A stretch of 49,760 bases of DNA from assembly GCA_029863585.1 (NCBI GenBank), contig JAOTVC010000003.1, positions 1-49,760 of the forward strand. The letters are read 5' to 3'. A program made the position numbers and the translations under genes. The stretch is from Alphaproteobacteria bacterium (GTDB taxonomy: Bacteria; Pseudomonadota; Alphaproteobacteria; SMXQ01). Every line of letters begins with the position of its first letter. The stretch's first letter is position 1. Under the pieces are notes generated by a model that ran no database searches, had not been told where the DNA came from, and saw only the letters and a list, made by a program, of their open reading frames with translations. Shown here piece by piece: positions 48,652-49,760 of the stretch.

Positions 48652-49574
48652 GGGATTCTGCGCCAACGTGTCCCTTCATGGCCGAAGTCGAAGACGTCGG
48701 GGTGGAGGAACTCGGCAACGATCTCCGCACTTTCGACCAGCCGGGGCCCGGGCCGGTTGAAGAACGCGTTGCCGTCGGCGATCGCGACCCGCCCGGAGCG
48801 CACCGCCTTGAGATCCGCCCAGCCGGGAAGCGCCTCGAGGGTGTGCATCTCACCGGCGACACGTTCAAGCTCGAAGCCGCAGGGCGCGATTAGGATGGCT
48901 TCCGGATCGGCGGCGGCAACGTCTTTCCAGTCCACCCAGGGCGACGGCTTTCCCCTTTCGGCGAACAGCGATTCGCCTCCCGCCAGATCGATCAACTCGG
49001 GCATCCAGTTGCCGCCCGCCATCGGCGGGTCCATCCATTCGACAAACATCAGCCGCGGCTTCCACCCCGCTTCGACCGACCGGCCGGCGATGGTCTCGAG
49101 CCGCTCGCGCATTTGCGCGGCCAGCACGGCGGCTTGGGCCTCGCGCCCCAGCGCGGTGCCCAGGCGGGTGAGATCGTCATAGACGCCGGCGAGGGTCTCG
49201 GCCTTGAGGCTGACGAGCCGCGGCTCGTTGACCGAGCCGTTCCAGCGTCCGAGCGCGGCGACGACATCGTCCTCCGACACCGCGCAGACCTCGCACTGGG
49301 CCTGGGTGACCACCACATCGGGGGCCAGCGCCTCAAGCCCCGCTGCATCCACCCGGTAGACCGAAAGCGCATCGGCCAGCGCAGCTTCCATGCCGGCGTG
49401 GATTTCAGCGCTGCTGCCCGTTGCATCGAGCCTGGCTTCGGTCAACACGGGCAGCGCCGCAACCTCGGGCGGGAAATCGCATTCATGGGACCGCCCGACC
49501 AGTTCACCGGCGGCGCCGAGGGCGGCCACCAGTTCCGTCGCCGAAGGAAGCAGGGATACGATGCGCTGGGTCAT
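48648..49574 (-). CDS. BtuF-like (cobalamin/Fe-siderophore class) binding protein
   Basis: Motifs RIVSLLPSATE, VGRSHECDFP, TQAQCEVCAV, EWMDPP and FNRPGPRL; no signal peptide seen. Confidence 0.88.
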   Translation of the reverse strand: MTQRIVSLLPSATELVAALGAAGELVGRSHECDFPPEVAALPVLTEARLDATGSSAEIHAGMEAALADALSVYRVDAAGLEALAPDVVVTQAQCEVCAVSEDDVVAALGRWNGSVNEPRLVSLKAETLAGVYDDLTRLGTALGREAQAAVLAAQMRERLETIAGRSVEAGWKPRLMFVEWMDPPMAGGNWMPELIDLAGGESLFAERGKPSPWVDWKDVAAADPEAILIAPCGFELERVAGEMHTLEALPGWADLKAVRSGRVAIADGNAFFNRPGPRLVESAEIVAEFLHPDVFDFGHEGTRWRRIP

Positions 49575-49678
49575 AGGGCAGTCTACGGTGCCCCCGGCGC
49601 GGGATGCAACGGCGCCCGGCATCCGCTATCCTCAGGCCGAAGCCCGGCCTGCATTAGGCTCACCGGGGGGAGGACGCC

Positions 49679-49760
49679 ATGGGGCAAATCGAAAGAGCCT
49701 TGCGCGAGCGGCTGGAAATGGCCGGCTGTTACCCCGTGGGCCGGGATGAGGCCGGGCGGG
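49679..49760 (+). CDS. Probable 5' part of a small gene running off the window
   Basis: GGAGG RBS, then ATG and an open frame MGQIERALRERLEMAGCYPVGRDEAGR; too short to assign. Confidence 0.4.
   Translation, partial: MGQIERALRERLEMAGCYPVGRDEAGR

Noticed and set aside
49575-49678. Cobalamin riboswitch upstream of the BtuF-like gene
   Set aside because: The region is short, and no B12-box motif is visible.
49679-49760. HicA-like toxin assignment for the terminal partial ORF
   Set aside because: Only 27 codons are visible, and the diagnostic GSH motif is not seen.

Overview
High-GC bacterial window with gene content and order typical of an alphaproteobacterium, probably Rhodospirillales-like (inference). 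About 50 CDS are supported. I found no rRNA, tRNA, CRISPR array, transposase or integrase. In order: rtcB and a DUF72 gene; pyrE and a peptide-type ABC transporter; a visibly lower-GC accessory block (~8.8-14.45 kb); usp, manC, a class III aminotransferase, hemA, a FixR-like SDR, usp, a CDF transporter, pdxH, fabI and aroC; an rlmD-tlyA-ispA-xseB operon that lacks the usual dxs; a TetR/flavodoxin-fold/DUF1772 module; an HDAC-family gene; an RND efflux pair; a hydroxycinnamoyl-CoA-type aromatic catabolism cluster; a three-subunit cobalt nitrile-hydratase/thiocyanate-hydrolase-type enzyme; and a BtuF-like binding protein. The top candidate for an undescribed system is the accessory block. Five unrelated cargo units are each bracketed by same-orientation ~28-bp imperfect palindromes, consensus ATGWCCGCYWN|TGRCCM|NNNGCGGACAT. 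Their 11-6-11 layout resembles tyrosine-recombinase sites, but they match neither attC nor dif. This suggests an integrase-less gene-cassette array. All calls come from reading motifs by eye; no database searches were run.
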